DNA of 64,000 nucleotides from an uncultured Alphaproteobacteria bacterium (GTDB lineage Bacteria; Pseudomonadota; Alphaproteobacteria; Rhizobiales; Hyphomicrobiaceae): NCBI GenBank assembly GCA_963782855.1, contig CAWALW010000017.1, positions 9,823 to 73,822 of the forward strand, read 5' to 3'. Shown piece by piece: positions 50,125 to 60,474 of this stretch (position 1 is its first letter; each line of letters starts with the position of its first letter). The notes under the pieces were generated by a model. It saw only the letters and a program-made list of their open reading frames with translations, ran no database searches and was not told where the DNA came from. The position numbers and the translations under genes were made by a program.

Positions 50125-51160
50125 TTAGCCCTTCTCGAACAATTCGGGCAGCCGCTCGGCGAGAGCTGACGCCAGCTCATCGAGCGCGCTGGTGCGCCGC
50201 GGCGTGACTTGCGCGAGCGCACTGAGAAAAGCGTCCGGCCCAAGCTGCGAGAACGCGAGCCGGCGATACCAACCCTTCGATGTCACGAATGCGCGGAAGC
50301 TTTCCTCGCGCTTCTCGTGCACGCATCCGTCCGGTGCCACTACCCACGACGGCAGGCACGCGCTGACGGCCTCCGCGATCATGCTCGTGGAGTCGTCGGT
50401 GACCAGGATCGCATCAGACCTCGAGAGGATTTCGGCACGGCACCTGCCGTCCCGAACGCCATGAAGCGTTCGACGCCCGCGCTGCTGTCCGCAACCAGCG
50501 CAGAGAGGACATCAGCGGCATGCGCGCTCGTTCGGCGGGAGGTCGTAATGAGCCAGCGGGTCCCCAGGGTCTTCTGGCCGTCGCGCAGGAAGTCGGCAAG
50601 CTTCAGCCAATCGCCATCCTGATAGCGCAGCGCGCCGGAATCGCCGCCGATCAGCACGCCCACCAGACGCGGCGGGTGATCGGGTCCGAACGGGGTCGCC
50701 GCTTGCGAACGCGGCGCCGGTTCGATGGCCGATGGCGGCAGGGCGATGAGGTGGTTGGGCTTGGAGGCGAGGCTCTGCTCGGGGACGACCACGACGCGCA
50801 CCCACTCAGGCGCGAGCCGTCTGAGCGTGCCGTAGAAGATATTCGGCGCATTCAACATGCGCGCCGCCGCCGCATTGGCCGCCAGCGTCTCGCCGCCCGC
50901 CGAAACCACGACATCGGCTTCCGGGACGTCCTGTGCGCCGACGCCGTAGCCGAGCCTCAGGACGTGCGCCGGAGAAACACCGATGTTGAGGAGTTGCTGC
51001 AGGACCCTGCTGGCAACGAGCGAACGGCGCCGCACGACGCAGGCGCCGTGGTCTCCACCGGACGCAGCCTCGCGATGGCCGCGACCAGGCCCTCCGCACG
51101 GTTATAGTGGCCGGGCTTGTCGTCCGTCAGCAGCAGGACGCGGATAGGTTTGTTCGGCAC
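50125..51160 (-). pseudogene. ELM1/DUF1022-family protein (putative glycosyltransferase-like)
   Basis: MPNKPIRVLLLTDDKPGHYNRAEGLVAAIARL, then PRLVGVLIGGDSG...RWLITTSRRT, then MIAEAVSA..., in three frames (shifts near 51030 and 50400). Confidence 0.55.
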
Positions 51161-51204
51161 TTGAGCGAGTTGCGTGGGTCCGGCAGGCCTGCGCCCGGTC
51201 GGGC

Positions 51205-51280
51205 TGGTGGGCCCGGCAGGACTCGAACCTGCAACCAGACGGTTATGAGCCGCCGGCTCTAACCATTGAGCTACGGGCCC
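51205..51280 (-). tRNA. tRNA with CAT anticodon (Met by anticodon; acceptor stem suggests possible tRNA-Ile2/lysidine)
   Basis: The reverse complement GGGCCCGTAGCTCAATGGTTAGAGCCGGCGGCTCATAACCGTCTGGTTGCAGGTTCGAGTCCTGCCGGGCCCACCA folds as a cloverleaf, with anticodon loop CT-CAT-AA and an encoded CCA. Confidence 0.9.
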
Positions 51281-51408
51281 GATCCCAGTGGATGGCGGCC
51301 CTCTACTACACCACTTCGCTGCCTGTTGGAACGCTTGCTTCGGCCTTGTTCGGCCAAAAGTTTCGTGTCTTCTGCCTCGTCCCAGGCTGTCTTGAGGAAA
51401 TAGAGTCC

Positions 51409-52118
51409 GTGGCTCATCCCCGACTATGTCGCCGCTCGCTTCTCGCCGCCGCGGCGGCCATGATCGCCATGTTTGGCGCGAGCAGCGAGGCCCAGGAAAG
51501 CAAACGCATGGAACGCACGATCACCGTATCGGCGACCGGGAACGGCGAAGGTGCAGCCGGACATCGCGCGCATCTCCGCCGGCGTCGTGACCGAGGCCGC
51601 GACGGCCACGAGAGGCCATCGACCGCAACAAGGCGGGCATGACCAAGTTCATCGACGGCATGAAGACGGCCGGCGTGGAGGCGCGCGACATCCAGACCAC
51701 CGCGTTCAATGTCGAGCCCCGCTATACGCAACCCAAGGACGGCCGACCCGGCACGATCAATGGCTATCGCGTGGTGAACCAGGTGCGCCTGACCGTGCGC
51801 AACGTCGGCCGTCTCGGCGAGATACTCGATGAGGCGATTGCGCTCGGCGCAAACCAGATCAACCAGATCGCCTTCGATGTCGCCGAGCCCGAGCAGGCGC
51901 AGGATGAAGCCCGCAAGCAGGCGATCGCAAAAGCGCGCCAGCGCGCCGAGCTGTATGCAACGGCCGCCGGTGTCAACCTTGGACCGGTGCTGCGCATCGC
52001 GGAAGGCGACGGGCCCTCGGTGCCCGATGGCCGCATGATGATGCGCGCTGCCGTCCCGATCGAGCCCGGTACCCGGACCTTGGAGATCGAGGTCCACGTC
52101 ACCTACGAACTGCGGTAG
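51409..52118 (+). pseudogene. SIMPL-domain (DUF541, BP26/Omp28-like) periplasmic protein
   Basis: Signal-like RRSLLAAAAAMIAMFGASSEAQ. RTITVSATG, then AKVQPDIARISAGVVTEAATA, then MTKFIDGMKTAGVEARDIQT...INGYRVVNQVRLTVRNV...GANQINQIAFDV, across three frames. The start is uncertain (51409-51426). Confidence 0.7.
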
Positions 52119-52126
52119 GCATCCCG

Positions 52127-52750
52127 ATGGCTCCGGAACTGTTACTCGCGTTCGCTGCCGCCTGCGTGCTCCTTGCTCTCACGCCTGGGCCGAACATGGC
52201 GCTGATGATCGCGAACACGCTGAGCAGTGGATTGCGCGGCGGCTTCATCACGCTCGCCGGTACGACGACCGGGCTTGCCGTGCTCGTTGCGGCCGCGGCG
52301 GCCGGCATGACGTCGGTCATGGTGTTCATGTCCACCTGGTTCGACGTCGTGCGGTGGGTCGGCGCGCTCTACCTTGTGTATCTCGGCGCAAGCCAGCTCT
52401 GGCGGCTGTGGAAACGGCCGCCGTCGGCCGTATCGCTCGAGCCGTCCGCGCCCCGCGGGAGTTGGTATTTCCAGGGCCTGGCGGTGAGCCTGTCGAACCC
52501 GAAGGTCATTCTGTTCCTGGGCGCCTTTCTCCCGCAGTTCGTCGACACGCGCGCCGATCCGGTGGGGCAACTCGTTGTTCTGGCGGTCCTGTTCGTCGTC
52601 GTGCTCGCCATGGTGGACGTAATGATCACGCTGGCTGTGGCCAGAGCGCGAACGACCTTCGGCGCTGCGCATCTGCGCCTGCTCGATGGCGCGGCCGGCG
52701 TATTCCTGCTGCTCGGCGGCGTGGCGCTGGCGGCAATGCGCCGGCCGTGA
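52127..52750 (+). CDS. LysE-family amino-acid exporter
   Basis: Intact 207-aa ORF with [17 protein letters not shown] and [17 protein letters not shown]. Confidence 0.85.
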   Translation: MAPELLLAFAAACVLLALTPGPNMALMIANTLSSGLRGGFITLAGTTTGLAVLVAAAAAGMTSVMVFMSTWFDVVRWVGALYLVYLGASQLWRLWKRPPSAVSLEPSAPRGSWYFQGLAVSLSNPKVILFLGAFLPQFVDTRADPVGQLVVLAVLFVVVLAMVDVMITLAVARARTTFGAAHLRLLDGAAGVFLLLGGVALAAMRRP

Positions 52751-52787
52751 TAGTGGCTGCACGTCCTCCAATCTCTTGATGGCCGCC

Positions 52788-53295
52788 ATGAAACGCATCG
52801 GCTTCACCTCGGGCTCCTTCGATCCGGTCACCAATGGCCATCTCGACGTGATCGCGCGCGCGGCGCGCATGGTCGATACCTTGGTGGTCGGCATCGGCGT
52901 TCATCCGGGCAAGACGCCGCTGTTCCCGCCGGAGGAGAAGATCGAAATGCTGAAGCAGGAGACCGGCGCGATCGCGCGCCGGAGCGGATGCAAGATCGAG
53001 ATCGTGACGTTCGACAATCTGACCGTCGACGCGGCCGAGGCTGCGGGCGCGACACTGATCTTCCGCGGCCTCCGCGATGGCACCGACTTCGACTACGAGA
53101 TGCAGATGGCCGGCATGAACGCCGCGATGGCCGCGCGCATCGACACGGTGTTCCTGCCGGCCAGCCCCGGCGTGCGCCACATCACGGGAACGCTCGTGCG
53201 GCAGATCGCCCAGATGGGCGGGGACGTCTCGGGATTTCGTTTCTCCCGCCGTGGCCAAGCGTCTCAAGGCGAAGGCAGCCAAGAAAAAGGCCTGA
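52788..53295 (+). pseudogene. coaD: Phosphopantetheine adenylyltransferase
   Basis: [21 protein letters not shown] and [17 protein letters not shown]. One extra T in a TTT run near 53236 shifts the last roughly 20 codons ([19 protein letters not shown] ends at TGA 53293-53295). Confidence 0.85.
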
Positions 53296-53409
53296 GCGGC
53301 GTGGTTGCGAGCGCGCCGCAGAAAGGCCATAAGCCCGGCATTGATGCTGCGGCGCCGGGCCCAGAGGCCCTTCCGAAAATCCTTCCCAACCGATCAGCTG
53401 GAGTTCTTC

Positions 53410-53948
53410 GTGATCCGACCCCTGCTCAGCAGCGCTTGTTGCTCTGGCCGCCTTCGCCCCCGTGGCGCTTGCCCAAACTCCCGATCCGCAGAACACGCTC
53501 GTGATCGAGCTCAAGACCGGCAAGGTGCTGGTCAAGCTGCGGCCTGATCTCGCGCCCAAGCACGTCGAGCGCGCAAAGGCTCTTGCGAAGCAGGGCTTCT
53601 ACAACGGCATCAAGTTTCATCGCGTGATCGACGGCTTCATGGCGCAGACCGGTGATCCGCACCGGCACAGGAACCGGCGGCTCGAAGCTCCCCGATCTCC
53701 CGGCGGAATTCTCGCGCGAGCCCTACAAGCGCGGCAGCGTGGGCGCTGCCCGCACGCAGGACCCCAACACCGCCAACAGCCAGTTCTTCATCTGCTACGA
53801 CGGCTGCCGGCCCCTCACGGCGAAGTACACGCTGTGGGGCGAGGTCATCGAGGGCATGGAGCACGTCGACAAGATCACGCGCGGAGAGCCACCGCGCACC
53901 CCCGACGTGATGGTGAAGGTGTACCTTCTTTCCGACGCGAAGAAGTAA
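53410..53948 (+). pseudogene. Cyclophilin-type peptidyl-prolyl isomerase with signal peptide
   Basis: GTG start. Signal [20 protein letters not shown] (frame change near 53440). [15 protein letters not shown]. After a shift near 53660: TGTGGSKLPDLPAEF...NSQFFIC. Confidence 0.75.
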
Positions 53949-54010
53949 CGCCGCACGCGGCAGACGCAAAAAGCAGGCAGAGGCAGCCCCACCTCGTTGA
54001 GGAGATCGTA

Positions 54011-54487
54011 ATGGCCGCAGTCAAAGACCCCGAGAACACGCTGATTTTGGAGACCACGAAAGGGCGCGTCGTCATTGCCCTGCGTCCCGACCTTGCACCC
54101 AAGCACGTGGAGCGGCTCAAGACGCTGGCACGCGAAGGGTTCTACGACGGCATCGTCTTCCACCGCGTCATCGACGGGTTCATGGCGCAGACGGGGTGCC
54201 CGAAGGGGACCGGGACCGGCGGTTCGAAGTATCCGGACCTTCCGGCCGAGTTCAACGCCGAGCCGCACGTGCGCGGCGTTTGCTCGATGGCGCGCGCGCA
54301 GAGCCCCAACAGCGCCAACAGCCAGTTCTTCATCTGCTTCGACGACGCCAGCTTCCTCGACAAGAACTATACCGTCTGGGGCAAGGTGACCGAGGGCATG
54401 GACAACGTCGACAAGATCAAGCGCGGCGAGCCCGTGCAGAACCCCGACAAGATCAAATCCATGAAGGTGGCGGCGGACGTCGCCTAG
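54011..54487 (+). CDS. Cyclophilin-type peptidyl-prolyl isomerase (cytoplasmic paralog)
   Basis: Intact 158-aa ORF with [23 protein letters not shown] and [10 protein letters not shown]. Confidence 0.88.
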   Translation: MAAVKDPENTLILETTKGRVVIALRPDLAPKHVERLKTLAREGFYDGIVFHRVIDGFMAQTGCPKGTGTGGSKYPDLPAEFNAEPHVRGVCSMARAQSPNSANSQFFICFDDASFLDKNYTVWGKVTEGMDNVDKIKRGEPVQNPDKIKSMKVAADVA

Positions 54488-54531
54488 ACCAGGCGAGCGC
54501 GCGGTCACGAACGCTCGATTGCCGACCGAGG

Positions 54532-55610
54532 ATGCGCACCGACCTCTTCGACTTCGACCTGCCCGACGACCGCATCGCGCTCGAGCCCGCCGATCCGCGC
54601 GACAGCGCCCGCCTTCTGTTGGTCAAGCCGGGCGACGGTCTCGAAGATCGTCAGGTGCGCGAGTTACCCGAATTGCTTCGCCCGGGCGATGCGCTCGTGT
54701 TCAACGACACGCGGGTGATGCGCACGGCCCTCGCGGGTGAACGCTGGCGCGACGGCAATCGCGCCCGCGTGTCCGTCAACCTGCACAAGCGCGTGGACGC
54801 AAGCCGCTGGCGCGCGTTCGCACAGCCCGCCAAGCGGTTGGCTGTGGGAGACCGCATCCAGTTCGGTCACGATGGACGCGTGTGTCTCCTCGGAACCCTT
54901 GATGCCACCGTGTCCAAGATCGGTGAGGCGGGCGAGGTCGAGCTCTCCTTCAGCATGCACAGCGCCTACCTCGATCAGGCGATCGAGGCGCTGGGCGACC
55001 CGCCGCTGCCGCCCTATATCGCCAAGCAAACGTGCCGTTTCTGCCGCGGACGCCGATCGCTACCAGACCATCTATGCGCGCCGCGAAGGTGCAGTGGCGG
55101 CGCCCACAGCGGGGCTTCACTTCACGCCCGAGCTTGTTCGCCACCTTGGATCAGGCCAACATTTCCCGGCACTTCGTGACCCTGCATGTCGGCGCCGGCA
55201 CGTTCCTTCCCGTGAAGACTGAGGACACGGACGGCCACCGCATGCACGCCGAATGGGGAGAGGTGACAGCGGACGTTGCTGACGCGCTCAACGATGCGCG
55301 GGCGAAAGGCGGTCGCATCGTTGCCGTGGGGACCACCTCGCTTAGGCTGCTGGAAGCGAGCGCGGACGACGGCGGCAAACTCAAGCCTTTCGCCGGCGAG
55401 ACCGAAATCTTCATTACGCCCGGCTACAGGTTCAAAGCCGTCGATCTGCTGCTGACGAATTTTCACACTCCGAAGTCCACGCTTTTCATGCTGGTGTCGG
55501 CATTCAGTGGGCTCGATACGATGAAGGCCGCATACCGGCATGCGATTGCGTCCGGCTACCGCTTCTATTCTTATGGCGACGCCTGCCTGCTCCATCCTGC
55601 GCCGCGCTAG
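54532..55610 (+). pseudogene. queA: S-adenosylmethionine:tRNA ribosyltransferase-isomerase
   Basis: [37 protein letters not shown], then [27 protein letters not shown], then [10 protein letters not shown]...[17 protein letters not shown]. Shifts near 55025 and 55130. Confidence 0.85.
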
Positions 55611-55613
55611 CCG

Positions 55614-56756
<1,143 letters not shown>

Positions 56757-56780
56757 CGGGCGGGCGGGTCGACGCCGCGC

Positions 56781-57423
56781 TCACGTCCTCTTGCGGAAGG
56801 CAATCGCCGCTTCCACGCGATTGCGGACCTGCAGCTTCTGCATGATGGTGGTCATGTAGTGCTTCACGGTCTTCTCGCCGATCTGGAGCGTCTTGGCGAC
56901 TTCCCGGTTGGTCATCCCGCGCGCCACGTGGTCCAGAATTTGCTCCTCCCGCTTCGTCAGCTCCGGCAAGCCCTCCTCCGGCGCCGGCGTGCGGAGCGGA
57001 CGGCGGTTGGACGCCAGCAGGCGTGCGGCGAGCGTCGGCGTGACGTAGTGCTCGCCGCGGGCAATCGTGCGCAGCGTATTGATGAGCTCCTGGCCGCTGG
57101 TGCCCTTCAGGATGTACCCGCGCACGCCGGAGGTCATCGCCTGCTGCACGTGCTCTTCTCTCTCCGAGACGGTCAGCATGACGATCTTCGTCGCCGGGCA
57201 GGCCCTGGAGATGGCTTGCGCTGCTTCGATGCCTCCACCTGGCATGCTGACATCGAGCAGCATGATCTCGGGCTGTTCAGACTTGGCGATGCTTAGGGCA
57301 TCGTCCGCGTTGGCGCCTTCTCCCACGAGCCGAAGGATGCCCGATCGCGAGAGCGTATGTGCCACGCCCTCCCGGAAGAGTGGGTGATCGTCAATAACGG
57401 CAACGCGGATCGGTACCAGACAT
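56781..57423 (-). pseudogene. NarL/FixJ-family (LuxR HTH) response regulator
   Basis: IRVAVIDDHPLFREGVAHTL...IMLLDVSMPGG...LKG and LTKREEQILDHVARGMTNREVAKTLQIGEKTVKHYMTTIMQKLQV. The ATG at 57423 is out of frame by one base (extra G in GG near 57414). Confidence 0.8.
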
Positions 57424-57428
57424 CGCTT

Positions 57429-58415
57429 TTATGCCTCAGGTGCGTCGCGAACTTCGAACCGGGCGGTCACGCTCGTGCCGACACCGGGTCTCGACGAAAG
57501 ATCGAAGGTGCCACCGAGTGAATTGACCCGATCGCGCATGCCGATCAATCCAAGGCGCGCATCCTGACCGTTCTTGGCGCCGGGATCGAACCCGCTGCCG
57601 GTGTCCGAGATGGCGATCTCCACGACGCCATCGCGATGCGTGCCCCGCACCGTCTGGCCCAGGCCGCCGGCGTGCTGGTAGGCGTTGTTGAGGGCGCCTT
57701 GCGTGAAGCGGTAGAGGCAGGACTTGAGCGTAGGCGACAGGCGAAGGGGAAGGCTCTCGATCTCGCAGACGACGCGGGTGCCCGTCCGGCGTTCGTGGTT
57801 CAGCGCGGCAAGGCGCAAGACATCCGCGGGCGAAACAGGTTCCAATTCCGGCAGGATGAGCCCGGCCGAGATGCTGCGGATGTCGGCGAGCGAGTCCGTC
57901 AGTGCCGCCTTGATGCGTTCATAGTCGGCCAGACCGGGGCTGCGGTCCGCGCCTGGGGAAAGCGCGTCGAGCCGGAGCAGTGCAAATGCGATGAGCTGCG
58001 CCGGCCCATCGTGCAGTTCCGAGCCGACACGGCGCAGGAAGGCCTCGTGCGTCTCGGCGGTACGCACGTACTGGGCGTCGAGGCGCCGCTGCAAGCTATC
58101 GCTCTGCGCGAGGAGGTGGCTTATCCGAGACCCGCCTTCGTGCAGCGCATGTTGCTGAGCCTCGACCGTCCGCCCGACGCTAGCGGCGAGAACAAGAAGA
58201 CCGGCGAGCAGTCCGAGCTCGATGACCGCAAGGATGTTTCCCAGGTCGATGGGCAATCCGAAGTGTCGCTTGAGCGACAAGCTCATGATCGCTATGGCAA
58301 CCACGGCGGCGGCGATTGCGCCCAACAGGTAGGGATAGGGGCCAAGCCGTGACGCGACCTTCGCGCACGAGCGCCGAAGGGTCGTGTCCCAGGTGCTCGG
58401 GAGGGAGCGAAGCAT
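57429..58415 (-). CDS. NarX/DesK-type sensor histidine kinase (HisKA_3)
   Basis: Intact 328-aa ORF with two TMs, H-box RRVGSELHDGPAQ, NNAYQHAG, DTGSGF and GLIGMRDRVNSLGG. It lies 5 nt upstream of the regulator gene. Confidence 0.85.
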   Translation of the reverse strand: MLRSLPSTWDTTLRRSCAKVASRLGPYPYLLGAIAAAVVAIAIMSLSLKRHFGLPIDLGNILAVIELGLLAGLLVLAASVGRTVEAQQHALHEGGSRISHLLAQSDSLQRRLDAQYVRTAETHEAFLRRVGSELHDGPAQLIAFALLRLDALSPGADRSPGLADYERIKAALTDSLADIRSISAGLILPELEPVSPADVLRLAALNHERRTGTRVVCEIESLPLRLSPTLKSCLYRFTQGALNNAYQHAGGLGQTVRGTHRDGVVEIAISDTGSGFDPGAKNGQDARLGLIGMRDRVNSLGGTFDLSSRPGVGTSVTARFEVRDAPEA

Positions 58416-58669
58416 TGGCGGGGGTATCCTGCTTCGGGGTTAGCGATCGCGCGTCGCCAAGGTCAAAAGAGATGCAAAACGACGTCTGGTCAATAGGTTA
58501 TATGCTGGAATGGAGACGAAATATGAATAAGTGTTGCGCCGCCGCAATGATTGTCGAACGGCGCTCTGCGCGGCCCCTCACGTAGCCCCTCACAAGGCTC
58601 CCACAGGCAATCCGAGCCGGTCGGCTTATCACCGGGAGGGCGCTGGCTTCCGTCAAAGGGCGGTGCATG

Positions 58670-58698
58670 TTACAAGCCGCGCCCGCCCGAGGTATCAT
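58670..58698 (+). promoter_or_regulatory. Candidate sigma-70 promoter for tRNA-Lys
   Basis: TTACAA (58670-58675), a 17-nt spacer, then TATCAT (58693-58698). The tRNA 5' end lies 17 nt downstream. Confidence 0.45.
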
Positions 58699-58714
58699 CC
58701 TGCCAGGGCAGAGC

Positions 58715-58789
58715 GGGCCCGTAGCTCAGCGGTAGAGCATCTGACTTTTAATCAGGTGGTCGTTGGTTCGATCCCAACCGGGCTCACCA
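58715..58789 (+). tRNA. tRNA-Lys (anticodon TTT)
   Basis: GGGCCCGTAGCTCAGCGGTAGAGCATCTGACTTTTAATCAGGTGGTCGTTGGTTCGATCCCAACCGGGCTCACCA, with anticodon loop CT-TTT-AA and an encoded CCA. Confidence 0.92.
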
Positions 58790-58993
58790 TTGCTTTCAGT
58801 GGCTTAGGCTTTCGTGATTAGCGTCCCTTTTGCCCTGGTCAGTGCGGGGTAGGCAGCGCAGCGCAATTTTCCACCTCCGGCATCAAAATCTCCGGACTTG
58901 TGAGCTGGATCACAACGTGGGGTCTCGCTCTCCAGCATGATTTCAGCCACAGCGACGGGATGGACCCAGCCGCGATGTACTGGAGAGACAGCC

Positions 58994-59200
58994 ATGAACA
59001 CGAACATTCGCTCACTGTCGCTGGACGAGGTTGACACGGTATCCGGCGGAACGAAGGCCACCACTTTCAAGGGCAAGAGCGGCACCACGTATAGCCGGCA
59101 ACCCACGGGTACGATCAATGTGAACCTGCCGAACGGCGACGTTCTACAGTTTGGCGAGAACGGCATTGCGGCACGGATCGGCGGCAAGTGGGTACTGTAG
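58994..59200 (+). CDS. Double-glycine-leader peptide precursor (class II bacteriocin / microcin-type), 68 aa
   Basis: SD GGAGAG (58982-58987) lies 6 nt before the ATG. MNTNIRSLSLDEVDTVSGG|TKATTFKGKSGTTYSRQPTGTINVNLPNGDVLQFGENGIAARIGGKWVL. The leader matches the LSxxE(L/V)xx(I/V)xGG consensus at every fixed position. Confidence 0.6.
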   Translation: MNTNIRSLSLDEVDTVSGGTKATTFKGKSGTTYSRQPTGTINVNLPNGDVLQFGENGIAARIGGKWVL

Positions 59201-59633
59201 GCGATTTGGCCCGTATCCCGCTTCCGATATGGGCCGCCTGCCGTCAATTCGAGCGGAAGCCGCGACCTCAGTTGCGCCGCCAAAATCGGCGCTGAAACGG
59301 AACCGTTTTGGGAGAGCGGCGGCGTTGAAACCCAATCGGGCGCACCGAACGGGAGCACATCTAGGCCAACAGGCGCCGTCTCTAACAAAGCTGGCCCCGC
59401 AATGCCGAGAAGTAACATTCCCAAGCTCGAAGCCTTGATCGCTACTCAAGCCCATTGGACCGCGCCGAGCGCAAACACACATGCAGATGGCTAGACGAGA
59501 GCGTGGGTGCATGACCGGCTCCACGCTACTGACCGTCTTCTAATGGCAAGTAACGGCGAGACCGCCAGCGCCCCGGGCCGGTTCACCAAAAACTTGGCGT
59601 GGCCTTTGGGACCACCCCGAGGTCCCTTCCCCG

Positions 59634-59810
59634 TCACAGCGTGCGGACCGTGCCCAGCGCCTTCTCCACTTGCAGCGTCAGACCATCCAGCGGGTGACGG
59701 ATGACATTGGCATGGCCTTTGGAGATGCCCGTCTCCAACTTGGACACCCACAAACATCAAAATAGTGGCTCTGAAACATGACGTTAGAAAATATGCGCGC
59801 GAATGCCGCA
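59634..59810 (-). pseudogene. Remnant of an XRE-type HTH regulator (degraded)
   Basis: A 37-codon open stretch VSKLETGISKGHANVIRHPLDGLTLQVEKALGTVRTL* resembles the recognition-helix and C-terminal part of Cro/C1-type HTH proteins. Upstream codons are interrupted by stops. Confidence 0.3.
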
Positions 59811-59867
59811 GGCATAAATCATGCGGCGCACCATTGTTTATGTTGCAACGCACAATAACTCGCTTAT

Positions 59868-59886
59868 ATTGACGTTAAGGTCAACT
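59868..59886. promoter_or_regulatory. ATTGACGTTAAGGTCAACT, a second copy of the TTGAC-N6-GTCAA motif, upstream of the phasin gene
   Basis: 16/19 identical to GTTGACGTAAACGTCAACT at 39316-39334. It ends 24 nt before ATG 59911, just upstream of SD AGGAGG. Confidence 0.45.
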
Positions 59887-59910
59887 TAGGACGACGAACA
59901 GGAGGTTGTC

Positions 59911-60414
59911 ATGCAACTCGAAGACACTGGCCTCAGGGCCGCGATCAGGAATGCCAGCACGCTGGTCCAGGAGACGGCTGCGAAGTCGGAAGCCGCGGCG
60001 ATCGACGCCGTCGAGCGCGCGGAAGCAGCGTTCGGCACCGCGCAGGCGACGTGGAACGAGGCGCGCGATCTCGGCAGCGAGGTCGTCCAGGCCGTCGGCC
60101 ATGCCGGCCGCACGTCGTTCAACGGCGTCACGGAGTTCGACAGTGTGCTCGGCCGCTACGGCAAGGACGCGCTGACCGACACCATCGAGTTCGGCCGCCA
60201 GAGCCTGCAGGCCAAGAGCGTGAAGGATCTGGTCGAACTCAACGTCGCGTTCATGTCGCGGCGCAGCCAGGCGATGTTCGCCTCGGTGAGCGAGCTCAAC
60301 GCGATCGCGCAGGCCAAGACGGTGGCAGCCTGGTCGCCGCTCGGCGAGACGCTGCGCAAGGCCGGCGAGAAGACGTCGCCAGGCCACCGCCTAGTCGCGA
60401 GGGCCGCGGGGTAG
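59911..60414 (+). CDS. Phasin-family (PHA granule-associated) protein
   Basis: 167-aa Ala/Glu-rich helical ORF. FGRQSLQAKSVKDLVELNVAFMSRRSQAMFASVSELNAIAQ resembles the Phasin_2 core. Strong SD AGGAGG. Confidence 0.6.
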   Translation: MQLEDTGLRAAIRNASTLVQETAAKSEAAAIDAVERAEAAFGTAQATWNEARDLGSEVVQAVGHAGRTSFNGVTEFDSVLGRYGKDALTDTIEFGRQSLQAKSVKDLVELNVAFMSRRSQAMFASVSELNAIAQAKTVAAWSPLGETLRKAGEKTSPGHRLVARAAG

Positions 60415-60426
60415 ACTGCGGGCACG

Positions 60427-60460
60427 GCGCTCCACCACGCGATGGTGGAGCGCTTCTTCC
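60427..60460. terminator. Terminator hairpin between convergent phasin and CYP102 genes
   Basis: GCGCTCCACC-acgcgat-GGTGGAGCGC is a perfect 10-bp stem followed by TTCTTCC. Confidence 0.55.
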
Positions 60461-60474
60461 GAGTACGCTGCGGC

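Noticed and set aside
58524-58586. 20-codon ORF MNKCCAAAMIVERRSARPLT in the AT-richer spacer upstream of tRNA-Lys
   Set aside because: It has no convincing SD and is too short to evaluate. It lies in the shared promoter region of the tRNA and the divergent two-component operon. I have no supporting motif.
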